From NCBI GenBank assembly GCA_963803435.1, contig CAWDML010000001.1, forward strand, positions 64,001 through 128,000: DNA of 64,000 bases. The letters run 5' to 3'. The DNA is from an uncultured delta proteobacterium. GTDB taxonomy: Bacteria; Myxococcota; Kuafuiibacteriia; Kuafuiibacteriales; Kuafuiibacteriaceae. Under the pieces are notes generated by a model. That model did no database searches. It was given only the letters and a program-made list of their open reading frames with translations, and was not told the origin of the DNA. Positions 53,605 through 63,858 of this stretch are shown here, one piece after another; positions within the stretch are counted from its first letter, which is position 1, and every line of letters starts with the position of its first letter. Both the position numbers and the translations under genes were made by a program.

Positions 53605-53674
53605 ATCGGGACCCGGACCGGGACCGGGACCCGGACCGGGGTCGCGTGAGCGCTTACGCGCTACACGCTCCTAG
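53605..53674. repeat. Right inverted repeat containing GGGACC tandem units
   Basis: Near reverse complement of 52264..52332; terminal CTAG overlaps the iolG stop codon. Confidence 0.9.
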
Positions 53675-54654
53675 ACGGGCTCCCGACAACCCGTCGACAG
53701 CGAGCGCAGCGCGGCCTCGGCGAGGCGGAGCGCGCGGCGGCCGTCCTCGGCGCCGGTGAACCGAGCCCCCGTCTCGAGCCCCTGGACGAAGTGCGCGAGC
53801 TCGCGTCGGTACGCCTCCGCGTAGCGCTCGAGGAAGAAATACGGGAGCTTGGCGGCGGCGACGCCGTCCGCGCCGGCGTACCCGACCGTGGTCTCGAGCG
53901 GATTCTCGGCGCGGAGCATGCCCTTCGACCCGAAGACCTCGATCCGCTGATCGTAGCCGTAGACAGCCCGCCGGCTGTTCGAGATCTGGCACAGCACGCC
54001 CTCGGCGGTCTCGAGGATGACGCAGGCGGTGTCGATGTCGCCCGCGGCAGCGATCTCGGGGCTCACCAGGGACGCACCGGCTGCGAAGACGCGGGTCGGC
54101 TCGGAGGGGAGGAGCCAGCGCGCCATGTCGAAGTCGTGGATCATCATGTCGCGGAAGAGGCCGCCCGAGACCTTCACGTAGTCGAGGGGCGGGGGCGCGG
54201 GATCACGGCTGGTGATCGTGACGGTCTCGATCGCGCCCACCTTGCCGGCGTCGGCGGCCGCCTTGAGGGCGGCGAAGCTGGGATCGAAGCGGCGGTTGAA
54301 GCCGACGAAGAACGGGACGCCGGCGGCCTCGACCTCTGCGATCGCCCGCTCGGCGCGGGCCAGGTCGAGATCGATCGGCTTCTCGCAGAAGATCGCCTTC
54401 TTGGCCTGAGCAGCGGCGCTGATGAGGTCGACGTGGGTCGAGGTCGCAGATGCGATCAGGACCGCGTCCACTCCAGGGTCGGCCAGCGCTCGGGTCGCAT
54501 CGGCGACCCGCGCACCGTACTTCGCCGCCAGCGCTTCGGCGGCAGCGTTGTTCACATCGACGACGTATGCGAGCTGTGCACCGCGCACCGCCGCCATGTT
54601 GGAAGCATGCACCGCGCCGATCCGGCCGGCGCCGAACTGACAGAAGTTCACCAC
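53671..54654 (-). CDS. iolG: Inositol 2-dehydrogenase (Gfo/Idh/MocA)
   Basis: 'FGAGRIG', 'FCEKPID', 'GFNRRFDP', 'GGLFRDMMIHDFD', 'YGYDQRIE'. Confidence 0.93.
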   Translation of the reverse strand: MVNFCQFGAGRIGAVHASNMAAVRGAQLAYVVDVNNAAAEALAAKYGARVADATRALADPGVDAVLIASATSTHVDLISAAAQAKKAIFCEKPIDLDLARAERAIAEVEAAGVPFFVGFNRRFDPSFAALKAAADAGKVGAIETVTITSRDPAPPPLDYVKVSGGLFRDMMIHDFDMARWLLPSEPTRVFAAGASLVSPEIAAAGDIDTACVILETAEGVLCQISNSRRAVYGYDQRIEVFGSKGMLRAENPLETTVGYAGADGVAAAKLPYFFLERYAEAYRRELAHFVQGLETGARFTGAEDGRRALRLAEAALRSLSTGCREPV

Positions 54655-54719
54655 GGTCGCGGGAGCATATCCGAAAGGGCTTGCCTCTCCAAAAGCCGCC
54701 TTCATAGGCTCCGCGGCCT

Positions 54720-56756
54720 ATGTCGAAGCCCCGAATTCTCTCGACGCTGCTCGGACTTTGTCTGTTTTGCGCATGCAAGGCCGAGCCACCATCCGAGGAG
54801 AGCACTCCGAACAAGCTGGTCACCGAGAAGAAGGCGCCGGTGCTGAACCGGGTCGATCGCGAGACGTTCAACCGACTCGCGGCCGAGCTGGACCTCCCGC
54901 TCTTCTGGGTCGAGGACGGCGAGGCCGACGGCACCATCGCCCCCAAGGAGGTCGCGGTCCTCTGGCGAGTCGCCGAGACCACCAAAGGCGAATGGATCAA
55001 CGAGGTCGGGTTCACCGACAAGTTCTTGAAGGCCTACGACGCGATCGCCACCCGCAAGGACAAGGGCCTCGACACCACCGGCCTGCCGGAGGCCGAGGCA
55101 ATCCGGCGGCAGCTGGTGCAGAAGGAGCTGTCCCAGGGCCGCCCCACGCTGATCTACACGGAGCTCCCGAACGCCAGCGCAGAGGACAAGGCCATCGTCA
55201 AGAACGTGATGGATGCAGCGGTCCTCATCGAGCAGATCTTCGCCAAGCAGAACGGCGTCGACGGCATGGAGAAGATGATCCCCGCCGACGACACCATGAG
55301 CCGGATGATGTTCTACCGGAACCAGGGACCCTGGTGCCAGGCGCCACAGACCGAGAACGAGGCGGCGTGCAGCGCGCTGGCGGAGAAGCCGAAACGGATC
55401 TCCGGTCTCTACCCGCGCGCGCTCCAGGAGAGCGATCCGAAGTTCTGTGAGACGCTGTCGAAGCGCAAGGACGCCGACCAGCTCATGCACCAGTTCTACG
55501 TGGTGGCGGAGGACGGCGCCGACCTGAAGGCCGTGCCGTACAACGAGGCGTACCCGACGGAGATGGAGGCGGTCGCGCAGAAGCTCGAGGCCGCCGCCGC
55601 CGCGATCCAGAGCCCGGACGAGGCCGCGTTCAAGGAGTACCTCAGCGCCGCCGCCAAGGCCTTCCGCACCAACGACTGGCTCCAGGCCGACGAGGCGTGG
55701 GCGAAGATGAGCGTCAACAACTCCAAGTGGTACCTGCGGATCGCGCCCGATGAGGTCTACTCCGAGCCCTGCAGCCGCAAGGCCGGGTTCCACGTCAGCT
55801 TCGCCCGCATCAACCAGGGCTCCCGCGAGTGGCAGAACAAGCTCGAACCGGTGAAGTCGGAGATGGAGGAGGCCGTGGCCAAGCTGGCAGGGCGACCGTA
55901 CGCCGCGCGCAAGGTCGACTTCCACCTGCCTGACTTCATCGACATCATCATCAACGCGGGCGACTCACGCGCGCCCGCAGGCGCCACCATCGGACAGAGC
56001 CTGCCCAACTGGGGTCCGGTGGCGAACGAGGGTCGCGGGCGCACCGTTGCGATGACGAACATCGCCACCGACGCCGACAGCATGACCGCGGTCGAGAACC
56101 AGGCGAAGTCGCTCCTCTGCACCGACGCGATGAAGTTCTATGCGCGCGAGCCGACCGCCGGCCTGATGGGCACCGTGCTGCACGAGGCCACGCACAACCT
56201 GGGCCCGGCCCACGAGTACAAGGTGAAGGGCAAGACGGACGACCAGGTCTTCGGAGGTCCGCTCGCCAGCACGCTCGAGGAGCTCAAGGCCGAGACCGGC
56301 GCGTTCTACTTCACCGACTGGCTCTCCAAGAAGGGCCTGATCCTCGAGGAGGACGCGAAGAAGGAGTACGTGCACGACGTCGTCTGGGGCTTCGGCCACA
56401 TTTCGCGCGGCATGTACGACGTCGAGGGCAAGGCGAAGCCGTACAGCCAGCTGGCCGCCATCCAGCTGGGCACGCTGGTGAAGGAGGGTGCGGCCTCGTG
56501 GAAGCCCGACGAGATGGCCGCCAACGGTGAGGACAAGGGCTGCCTGGACCTCCAGCTCGACAAGTTCGCGCCGGCGATGGAGAAGCTGATGACGGCGGTG
56601 TCGGGCATCAAGGCGCGCGGCGACAAGACGCAGGCCGAGGCCCTGATCAAGGATCACGTCGGCGCCCCCGGCGAGAAGCGGAAGCTCCTCGAGACGATCA
56701 CGGAGCGCTGGCTCCGCGCACCGCGCGCGAGCTTCGTGTACGCCGTCGATCAGTAG
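54720..56756 (+). CDS. Lipoprotein, M49/dipeptidyl peptidase III-like metallopeptidase
   Basis: 'IGQSLPN', 'LHEATHNLGP', 'LEELKAE'. Confidence 0.8.
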   Translation: MSKPRILSTLLGLCLFCACKAEPPSEESTPNKLVTEKKAPVLNRVDRETFNRLAAELDLPLFWVEDGEADGTIAPKEVAVLWRVAETTKGEWINEVGFTDKFLKAYDAIATRKDKGLDTTGLPEAEAIRRQLVQKELSQGRPTLIYTELPNASAEDKAIVKNVMDAAVLIEQIFAKQNGVDGMEKMIPADDTMSRMMFYRNQGPWCQAPQTENEAACSALAEKPKRISGLYPRALQESDPKFCETLSKRKDADQLMHQFYVVAEDGADLKAVPYNEAYPTEMEAVAQKLEAAAAAIQSPDEAAFKEYLSAAAKAFRTNDWLQADEAWAKMSVNNSKWYLRIAPDEVYSEPCSRKAGFHVSFARINQGSREWQNKLEPVKSEMEEAVAKLAGRPYAARKVDFHLPDFIDIIINAGDSRAPAGATIGQSLPNWGPVANEGRGRTVAMTNIATDADSMTAVENQAKSLLCTDAMKFYAREPTAGLMGTVLHEATHNLGPAHEYKVKGKTDDQVFGGPLASTLEELKAETGAFYFTDWLSKKGLILEEDAKKEYVHDVVWGFGHISRGMYDVEGKAKPYSQLAAIQLGTLVKEGAASWKPDEMAANGEDKGCLDLQLDKFAPAMEKLMTAVSGIKARGDKTQAEALIKDHVGAPGEKRKLLETITERWLRAPRASFVYAVDQ

Positions 56757-56767
56757 GCGTTTTGGGG

Positions 56768-59142
56768 TCAGATCTTCCGCTCGGCGATCTCCGGGTCACC
56801 GCCGCCGAAGATCTTCCCCACCGCCCAGCTCGCCCCAAACGCCGCTAGACCGATCCCCGCACCCACCGCCATCCCCGGCAGGCCGCCGATCGCGCCGATC
56901 GCTGCGAAGGTAACCAACCGCGCCGAGCATGGTGATGCCGCCCTGGGACGCCTTGACCGCGTCGCCCTCGCGCACCCCCTCGAACGTCTCGAGCCCACCG
57001 GCCGCGACGCCGACGCCGAGCCCGCCGAAGCGCGCGAAGGAGCCGATCTTGCCCGCGGCCGCGCTGGCCTCCTCCACCGAGCTGCCCGACTTGAGGGCCT
57101 GAAGCTCCTTCACCGCCGACACTCCGTACGATCCCTGGACGGTCGCGCTGCCCGCATCGAGCGCCACGGCGGGCGCCTTGCTCGCGTTGAAGCCGTGGAT
57201 GTCGGAGATGAGCGAGGACGCCGACGAGGCAAGCCCAGCCAGTCCGGCGACGCCCCGCAGCGCGCCAGAGCCGGCGGTCTGGGCGCGGAACGAGGCATCG
57301 AGGCGTTCGGAGCCGAACCGGCTCACCAGCTTGTCGTTGAAGGCCGAGAGCTGCGCGTTGAGGCGCTCCTGGTGCAGCGGGGAGAGGCTCAGGTCGCTGG
57401 CCTGGTCGGGCACCCCGCGACCGATCCCGATCAGGTTGAGCCCGCGGCCCCCGGCGGCCGCTGCCTGGTTCAGGTCGTGGGTGGTGGTGGCCGAGACCTG
57501 GGCGGCCATGTCGAGCTCGTCGTCGGAGAGATCGCCGAGCTGGTCCGAGTCCTCCTGCAGCGGCACCGCCTTCGCGTTGACCGTGAGCCGCGGCCCGCGC
57601 CCGTCGACCATCGAGGTCGCCGTTCCGCCGGGACCGCTCACGGTCTCCTTCGAGGACAGGAGCTGCCTCCCCGCGGCGCTCTCGAGCGACCGGACGTCTC
57701 GGTCGCTGGTGTACTCGACCGGCGGATGGCCCGGCTCCCTCCGATACGTGCCCAGCCACTCGTCGACCTCGAGGCCGCGCTGCCTCCGCTCACTCTCGCG
57801 GCGGTACTCCTGAAGCGTTCGCACGCCGCGCTCGTCGGTCGAATCGACGCGCTTGGAGGCGATGAGCCCGTGCTCGTCGAAGAGCGTGTCGCTCGAGCTC
57901 TTCGACTCGACTGCATTGCCGTCCTCGTCCAGGCCGTTCGAGCGAACGCTTTCGCGCACGCGATCACCGTCGGCGGTCCGATCGACGACGGTGGTGAACT
58001 CCGGCGCGTTCTCGGCGAAGGTCTGCGCCTGATAGCGATCGCCGTCCTGCTTCTCCAGCATCCACTGCTTGGGCGGGGCCCCGTCGCCCTCCTGCTCCAT
58101 CGAGGTGACGCGCACGTTCCCCTGCGCCCAGGTGGTTCGGCTCGAGCTCTGTTCGTCTTCACCGCGCTGCTGGGTGAGGTTCTTGGTCTCGACCACGTCC
58201 GTAGTGACGTCGTCGTCGAAGTCGTCCTGGAGCTGATCGTGGATGCCGTCGGCGCCGCCCTGGCTGCGAAGGGTCCGCTCGGTCTCCGCTCGGTCCTTCG
58301 GTCCGAAGCTCGTCTCGCGAGCCACCAGATCGTCGCCGTCTCTCGCGAGCGAGCGCACCTCGATCCGTACGCCCGGGTCGCACTGCCAGCGCTCCTTCAG
58401 CTCGTCCGTGGTGGGGCTCGAAGGGTCGCGGCTGGGCGGCTCCTTCCAGGCCTCGCGACGTTCGAGCGCGCCCTCGTCTCCTCCGGTCTCGAGCGTGCGC
58501 CGCCGGGCCTCGCCGTCCTTCCACTCGGTCCGCTCGAACCGCAGATGATTGCCGTCCCGCTCCGCGACCTCGCGCCAGAGCAGGTTCCCTTCGTGGTTGC
58601 TGCGGACGATCTCCACCCGGTCGTCGGAGGCGCTCACCACCTCCGCGCCGTGGGGCAGCTTGCCGCGCGCGCGCTGGAAAGTGGCGCCGACCATTCCGGC
58701 GGCGGCGGCGTCCATCCGCTTCGAGGAGGCCTCGAGGCCATCCCGCTCGTCTCGCACCGAGCTCTGATCCACCTCGATCGCCGCCCGTGCGGCGTCGATA
58801 CCGCTGGTACCGCGGCCCTCCGACCCGCGCGGGAGGAGCGTCGCCACGTCGGTCCCATCGGCGGCCGTCTGCGCCCTCAGAATCGTGCCGGACGTGGAGC
58901 CCTCCGGTCTCACGGTCGCGCTGCCGAGCCTCGGCGAACGCGCGCCCGGTCGGTCGGACGCGATGGACCTGGTGCGAATGCGCCTCCTCCTGCCGCGCCT
59001 CCCGGGACGCCTCCAGCGCACGCTTCAAGCGTTCGCGCGCCTCTCGGGCTTCGGTGGCCTGCTGGCGCTGCCTCTCCCGCTTCGCCTCGAGACCCGTGTC
59101 GACGCCGCGTCCTGCGGCCTGCACGACCATGCTGCGGAGCAT
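56768..59142 (-). CDS. Large hypothetical protein with C-terminal Gly/Ala-rich hydrophobic region; frameshifts ~58980 and ~56912
   Basis: SD AGGAG before ATG 59142; three ORF-track pieces join; ends 'AIGGLPGMAVGAGIGLAAFGASWAVGKIFGG...'. Confidence 0.65.
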
Positions 59143-59212
59143 GCTCCTGCACCTGCCGGTCGTCGCTTACCACCGGACGTCTAATGGCTCGCGGAGACAC
59201 ACGTTGCGGAGC

Positions 59213-59656
59213 TCATCGCAGGAGCTCCTTGGCGAGGTGCGCACCGAGGAGATCGAAGCCGCGATCGAGCAGCTTCTGTCCCTCGTCGGTCTCCAGGAGA
59301 TCCGCCGCCTCTCCGCTGGCCACACCTGCGTACAGGCCGAAGTAGATCCCCATCGCGGTCCAGGGGCCCTCGTCCTTGCCGCCGATCGACGGCGCTCGGA
59401 ACTTGCGCGGCTTCGAGAGCTTCTTCGCCACCAGATCGAGGAGCGCGTCCGACGGCTCCACCCTGACCTTCCCGAGCGCGTTCCAGATCGCGACCTGGAC
59501 GGCGCCGATCAGCTCGATGTCCTTCAGCGCCGGCTCCAGCCGCGTGTAGGCCTCGTTCGGATCGATCGACGCGAGCGCGGCGTACGTCGGCGCCAGCATC
59601 TCGGCGAGCTGGTTCTTGGTGAGCAGCGAGAAGAATCGTTGGGGCGGGCGGCTCAT
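59213..59656 (-). CDS. Hypothetical protein
   Basis: ATGA overlap with the kinase stop codon; high-GC codon pattern. Confidence 0.7.
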   Translation of the reverse strand: MSRPPQRFFSLLTKNQLAEMLAPTYAALASIDPNEAYTRLEPALKDIELIGAVQVAIWNALGKVRVEPSDALLDLVAKKLSKPRKFRAPSIGGKDEGPWTAMGIYFGLYAGVASGEAADLLETDEGQKLLDRGFDLLGAHLAKELLR

Positions 59657-61332
59657 GGCTCGAAGGGCACGATATCGAAGGTGACGAGAAAACGCGCGCC
59701 TCCCGCGCGCGCATCGTCGTACCGCAGGTCTCCCTTCATGGATCGCGCCAGGCGGCGGCTCAGCGCCAGCCCCAGCCCCACGCCCGGCGCGCTGTTGGCC
59801 GCCTGATGGGCGGACTTCGAGAACGCGGTGAAGAGGTTGCGACGGGCCCCGCCGGTGATGCCCGGTCCCTGATCGGTGACGCTGAGCGCGATCGCCCGCC
59901 CCCGCCGCTCCGCCCCCAGCACGATCGGGCCTGCGCCGTACTTGCAGGCGTTGTCGACCAGGTTGAAGAGGATCTGCTCGACGAGAGAAGCGTCGACGTG
60001 GATCGCGTTGACGCCTTCATCGAGTGTGAGCTCGACGTCGAGGTCCATCTCGGCCTGGCCCGCTCGCTCGCGCAGCCGGTCCTCGAAGCGCGCGATTAGC
60101 TCAGGGATCGCGATCGTCTCCGCGGCGGCGCGCGCGCGACCCCGCTCGATGCGCGCGTAGGAGAGCACGTTCTCCACCAGGTGTCCGAGGCGGATCGCCT
60201 CTCGCTTCAGCGTGTCGAGATAGCGCTGCTTCTTGGCCTCGTCCTGGATCATGCCCTCCGAGAGCATCTCGGTGTACATGCGGAAGGTGGTCAGCGGCGT
60301 CCGGAGCTCGTGCGTGACCGCCGAGACGAACGCCCCGCGCCGCTCCGACAGCGAGACGGCGCCGATCAAGAGACCGCCGACGGCCAGCGCCGCCAGCACC
60401 ACGCCCACCCAGGCCGTCACCAGAACCGCGACCACCTGCGGGCTGATCGGTGCCTTCGCGAACGGGAGCGCGCCCGGCTCGATCCGCGCCGGCAGCGCAG
60501 CGAGCACGCGCTTCATCTCGGGAGTGAGACCCTCGACGGGCTCGAGCGAGGCGGCCGGCAACAGATCGCTCACGTCGGCGAGGAGCTTCGTCTCGAGCCC
60601 CTCCCAGTCGAGCCAGGCGCCCTGAAGATACGTCCGCCCGCCGACCGTCACGCGCCGCGCCAGCACCAGATCGGATCCGATCCACAGCGGCAACATCGAG
60701 GCCTCGCCGGGATGGGCGAGCGCCTCCTGATCGAAGAGCCCATCGGCCGCCGATCCTACCCCCGAGTCGCCGTGATAGCCCCGCGCCTGCTGGGCCGCCC
60801 GCGCGCGCGCGCCCCACTCGACCGCGTTCTTGAAGCTCTGGACCGGCGCGGAGTAGGTGTCGAGGTTCTGCTCGTATTGTGGGTTGGAGGCGTTGAGGGC
60901 GATCGTGCTGGCGACGCCCTCGCGGCCGAGCAGCTCGCGCCGCTTCTCGAGCAACGTCGTGAGCTGGTCGCGGGAGACGAGGCTCCCGAGCCGCTCGAGC
61001 GCCGCCGACCCCTGTGGAGAGGTCAGGCGGCCCTGGTCGTCGAACTGGAAGTGGACCTTCACGTAGGCCGAACGCTCGGCGAACGCGGCCGCCGGGAGCT
61101 GCCGCCAGTCGAGCGCCGGGCGCGTGCTCTCGTTCGAGATCAGCGGCGCCAGCTCGGAGTCCATCCGCCACAACGACAGGCGAACGTTCTCCTCGAGAGT
61201 CGCGCGCCGTACCGCGCGCTTCTCGGCGCCGTCCCGCTCGATCACCACGATCGACAGGACGCTGACGCAGATCAGCCCGACCACCAGCGCGATCCCCAGT
61301 CCGACGAACGAGTGCCATGGCTTCAGCGTCAT
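59653..61332 (-). CDS. Sensor histidine kinase with periplasmic domain
   Basis: Two TMs, 'THELRTPL', 'NLVDNACKY', 'DQGPGI', 'GLGL'. Confidence 0.95.
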   Translation of the reverse strand: MTLKPWHSFVGLGIALVVGLICVSVLSIVVIERDGAEKRAVRRATLEENVRLSLWRMDSELAPLISNESTRPALDWRQLPAAAFAERSAYVKVHFQFDDQGRLTSPQGSAALERLGSLVSRDQLTTLLEKRRELLGREGVASTIALNASNPQYEQNLDTYSAPVQSFKNAVEWGARARAAQQARGYHGDSGVGSAADGLFDQEALAHPGEASMLPLWIGSDLVLARRVTVGGRTYLQGAWLDWEGLETKLLADVSDLLPAASLEPVEGLTPEMKRVLAALPARIEPGALPFAKAPISPQVVAVLVTAWVGVVLAALAVGGLLIGAVSLSERRGAFVSAVTHELRTPLTTFRMYTEMLSEGMIQDEAKKQRYLDTLKREAIRLGHLVENVLSYARIERGRARAAAETIAIPELIARFEDRLRERAGQAEMDLDVELTLDEGVNAIHVDASLVEQILFNLVDNACKYGAGPIVLGAERRGRAIALSVTDQGPGITGGARRNLFTAFSKSAHQAANSAPGVGLGLALSRRLARSMKGDLRYDDARAGGARFLVTFDIVPFEP

Positions 61333-62020
61333 TCGGTCCCCGCGTCGAACATGTAGCCGCGCCCTCGGACGGTCGAGATGATGCGGGCGTCCGGATCTCG
61401 AAGCTTGTCCCGGAGCCGAGCCACGTGCATGTCGACCGTCCGGGTGCGCACGCTGCTACCCGGGAGGCGCCACACGCGATCGAGCAGCTCGTTCCGCGAG
61501 ATCACGCGGCGCGGGTTGAGCGCGAGGTAGCGCAAGAGCGCGATTCCTTCTCCGGGAGCTCGATCCGACCGCCGTCGTCATAGCGGAGCTCCGAGCGCTC
61601 CAGGTCGGCCACCCCGCAGGCGAAGCGAACCTCGGCGAGGTCGCTGGGCCGCTCCGCCGAGCGTCGCAGCACCGCCTCGACGCGCGCCAGCAGCTCTTTG
61701 ATGGAGAACGGCTTCACCTGGTAGTCGTCCGCGCCCAGCCGGAGGCCCTTGATGCGGTCCTCCTCCTGTCCCCGGGCGGTGAGGATGATGACGGGGATGG
61801 TGGGGCGGGAGAGGCGGATCTCGGCGAGCACGTCCAGACCGTCGCCGCCGGGCAGGACCAGGTCGAGCAGGATCAGCTCGCACTCGACCTGGACGCCCAT
61901 CCGCACCGCCTCCGCGTAGGTCCCGGCCTCGAAGGTCTGGAAACCGTCGAAGGTCAGCATGTCGACGATACCCTCCCGCACGGCGGGGTCGTCCTCGATC
62001 ACCAGGATCCGTCGCTTCAC
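61329..62020 (-). CDS. OmpR/PhoB-family response regulator, frameshift ~61544
   Basis: 'LVIEDD', 'LLDLVLP', 'GADDY.VKPF'; wHTH 'RTVDMHVARLRDKL...TVRGRGY' in a second frame. Confidence 0.93.
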
Positions 62021-62179
62021 CACTGCTGAGCCTACTAGGAGACTTGCTCCGATCGAACCTCGACAAAATGGCGCTGGACGGCAGCGAGAGCACTCTCGGA
62101 TCTGACGGCTGCGAGCTGCGAGCTGTCGACGCGGGGCCACTGAACTCGAGTGAACTCGAGCGTTTGCGGCGCAGCCTCG

Positions 62180-63355
62180 TTAAAACTTGTAGCCCTTCTT
62201 CGAGGCCTGCCCCTGGACCGCCTGGATCATCGCGGTGTCGAGCGTGGTGTCGGTGTTCTCGGCCATCTTCTTCTGCTGCTGGCTCACGTAGCCGTCGCGC
62301 TCGTGCGCGAGCTTCTGGATCTCGGCCTGGATCGTCTCCCGCTTCTGCACCTGCTCCTGGACGTACGCCTGGCGCTCGGCGATCGACATCGCGCGCATGT
62401 TGGCGGGCAGCTGCTCCCGGTCGACGTTCGCCAGGTCGACCTTGCCCTCGCGAAGCGCGTCGCCGAGCTCCCAGCTCGGGTTCTTGTAGTTCTGCGACGA
62501 CTTGAAGAGACCGCGCTGGATCGCGCTGCCCTGGCCGACGGTCGCCGAGTTCTGGTCCTCGACCGCCTGGCGCCGCGCACCCTCGCTCCCGCCGTGGCCG
62601 AACGGGATATAGGTCTCGTTGAGCCGCAGGCTCAGCTCGGCGATGCGTCCGTCCTGCGGCGCGTCGATCTGGACGATCTTCTGGTTCTGGTCGATCGTCA
62701 TGAACCGACCCTCGGCGAGGGCCGCACCGTTACGCCATCCGGAGGCCACGGAATCCTGCTCGGGACCGCAGTAGATCGTGTTCACCACGATGCCCTGGGT
62801 GGCGGCGAGCCGCACCACCGAATCCGGATCGATCGGACCCTGATCGAAGTTCTCATTGCCGGCGATGAACGCGAACTTGAGCGCGTCGTTCGCGTGGCTC
62901 CACTCGAGATTCTCGAGCGCCGTCTTCAGCGCCTGGCCCACGAACTCCGAGCCGCCGTTGGTGCTGAGGGCGAAGAGCGCCTCCGACACCCGATCGAGCT
63001 CTTCCGTGAACGGGAGCACCTGACGCACGTACCCGGAGGCCGAGGTGAGGTTGTCGTTGCCGTACTCGTACAGCGCGATCTCGAGGCGCGGCCGCTTCCC
63101 GTTGAGCTTCGCCGGATCGAACGCATTCACGATCTTCCACAGCTGCGACTTCGCCTGATCGATGAGGCCGTCCATGCTGTTGCTGGTGTCGAGGAGGAGC
63201 GCGATCTGAACCACCGGCGCCTCTTCGGTCGTCACGATGGGATCGGGCTTGGGAACCGGCTTGTCGGCCTCGTCGTGACGGCCGAAGACGATCGCGAGGG
63301 CGAGGAGACCGCCCGCCGCGGTGAACAGGGAGAGGGTCTTGAGGTTGGGCTTCAT
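62180..63355 (-). CDS. Exported von Willebrand factor A domain protein
   Basis: N-terminal signal/TM, MIDAS 'LLDTSNSM', 'TNGGSE'. Confidence 0.9.
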   Translation of the reverse strand: MKPNLKTLSLFTAAGGLLALAIVFGRHDEADKPVPKPDPIVTTEEAPVVQIALLLDTSNSMDGLIDQAKSQLWKIVNAFDPAKLNGKRPRLEIALYEYGNDNLTSASGYVRQVLPFTEELDRVSEALFALSTNGGSEFVGQALKTALENLEWSHANDALKFAFIAGNENFDQGPIDPDSVVRLAATQGIVVNTIYCGPEQDSVASGWRNGAALAEGRFMTIDQNQKIVQIDAPQDGRIAELSLRLNETYIPFGHGGSEGARRQAVEDQNSATVGQGSAIQRGLFKSSQNYKNPSWELGDALREGKVDLANVDREQLPANMRAMSIAERQAYVQEQVQKRETIQAEIQKLAHERDGYVSQQQKKMAENTDTTLDTAMIQAVQGQASKKGYKF

Positions 63356-63387
63356 ATTCCAACACTACGAACGAGCCGGCAGATCGT

Positions 63388-63405
63388 GTGTAAAGGGAGT
63401 GTAAA
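63388..63405 (-). promoter_or_regulatory. Direct repeat TTTACAC-N4-TTTACAC, candidate OmpR-family operator
   Basis: 11-bp period, ~33-50 nt upstream of the vWA start; -10 TAGTGT at 63367-63362. Confidence 0.65.
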
Positions 63406-63858
63406 TCAGAAGCGGATGGTGGTGATGGGCGCCACGTCGTCGTCGCTCCCGTCCTGATCGAGCCCGAGCTCCACGGGCGCGGCCGGATCGTCCACCTCGA
63501 TCTTGGCGACCGGTTCGGCCGGGGGCGGTCGCGGCTCGGGCGCGCGGGCCAATACCGTCACCGCCAGGCCGGCCGCCGCCAGCGTGGCCGTCAGCACCAC
63601 GCGGCGCATTCTCTCGAAGGGAATCAGCGGCGCGCGGCCGGCGGCCTGCGCCACGATCTCGGCAGCCATTCGCTCCATCGGGAGCCGCCTCTGCTCCACG
63701 GCTTCGGCCTTGAGCGTACCGATGAGGCGCTGCCAGCCTGCCCGATCGCGTCGCGCCTCGGGGCAGAGCAGGATCTTTCGCTCGAGCTCGGCGCGCTCCA
63801 GATCGCTGAGCGTGCCGTCGAGCTCGTTCGACATCAGGATCGTCACTCGATTCCTCAT
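63406..63858 (-). CDS. Putative anti-sigma factor (zf-HC2-like, one TM)
   Basis: 'MSNELDGTLSDLERAELE...CPE'; translationally coupled to a sigma factor gene. Confidence 0.7.
   Translation of the reverse strand: MRNRVTILMSNELDGTLSDLERAELERKILLCPEARRDRAGWQRLIGTLKAEAVEQRRLPMERMAAEIVAQAAGRAPLIPFERMRRVVLTATLAAAGLAVTVLARAPEPRPPPAEPVAKIEVDDPAAPVELGLDQDGSDDDVAPITTIRF

Larger units (their letters stand above)
52264..53674 (+). mobile_element. Defective IS1182-family element with ~70-bp terminal inverted repeats
   Basis: Ends CTAGGAGCGTGTAGCGCGTA... and ...TACGCGCTACACGCTCCTAG enclose transposase fragments. Confidence 0.85.

Noticed and set aside
52296-53640. GGTCCC repeats as a CRISPR array, or the helix-bundle remnant as a DGR component
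   Set aside because: No spacers, cas genes, reverse transcriptase or TR/VR pair in the window
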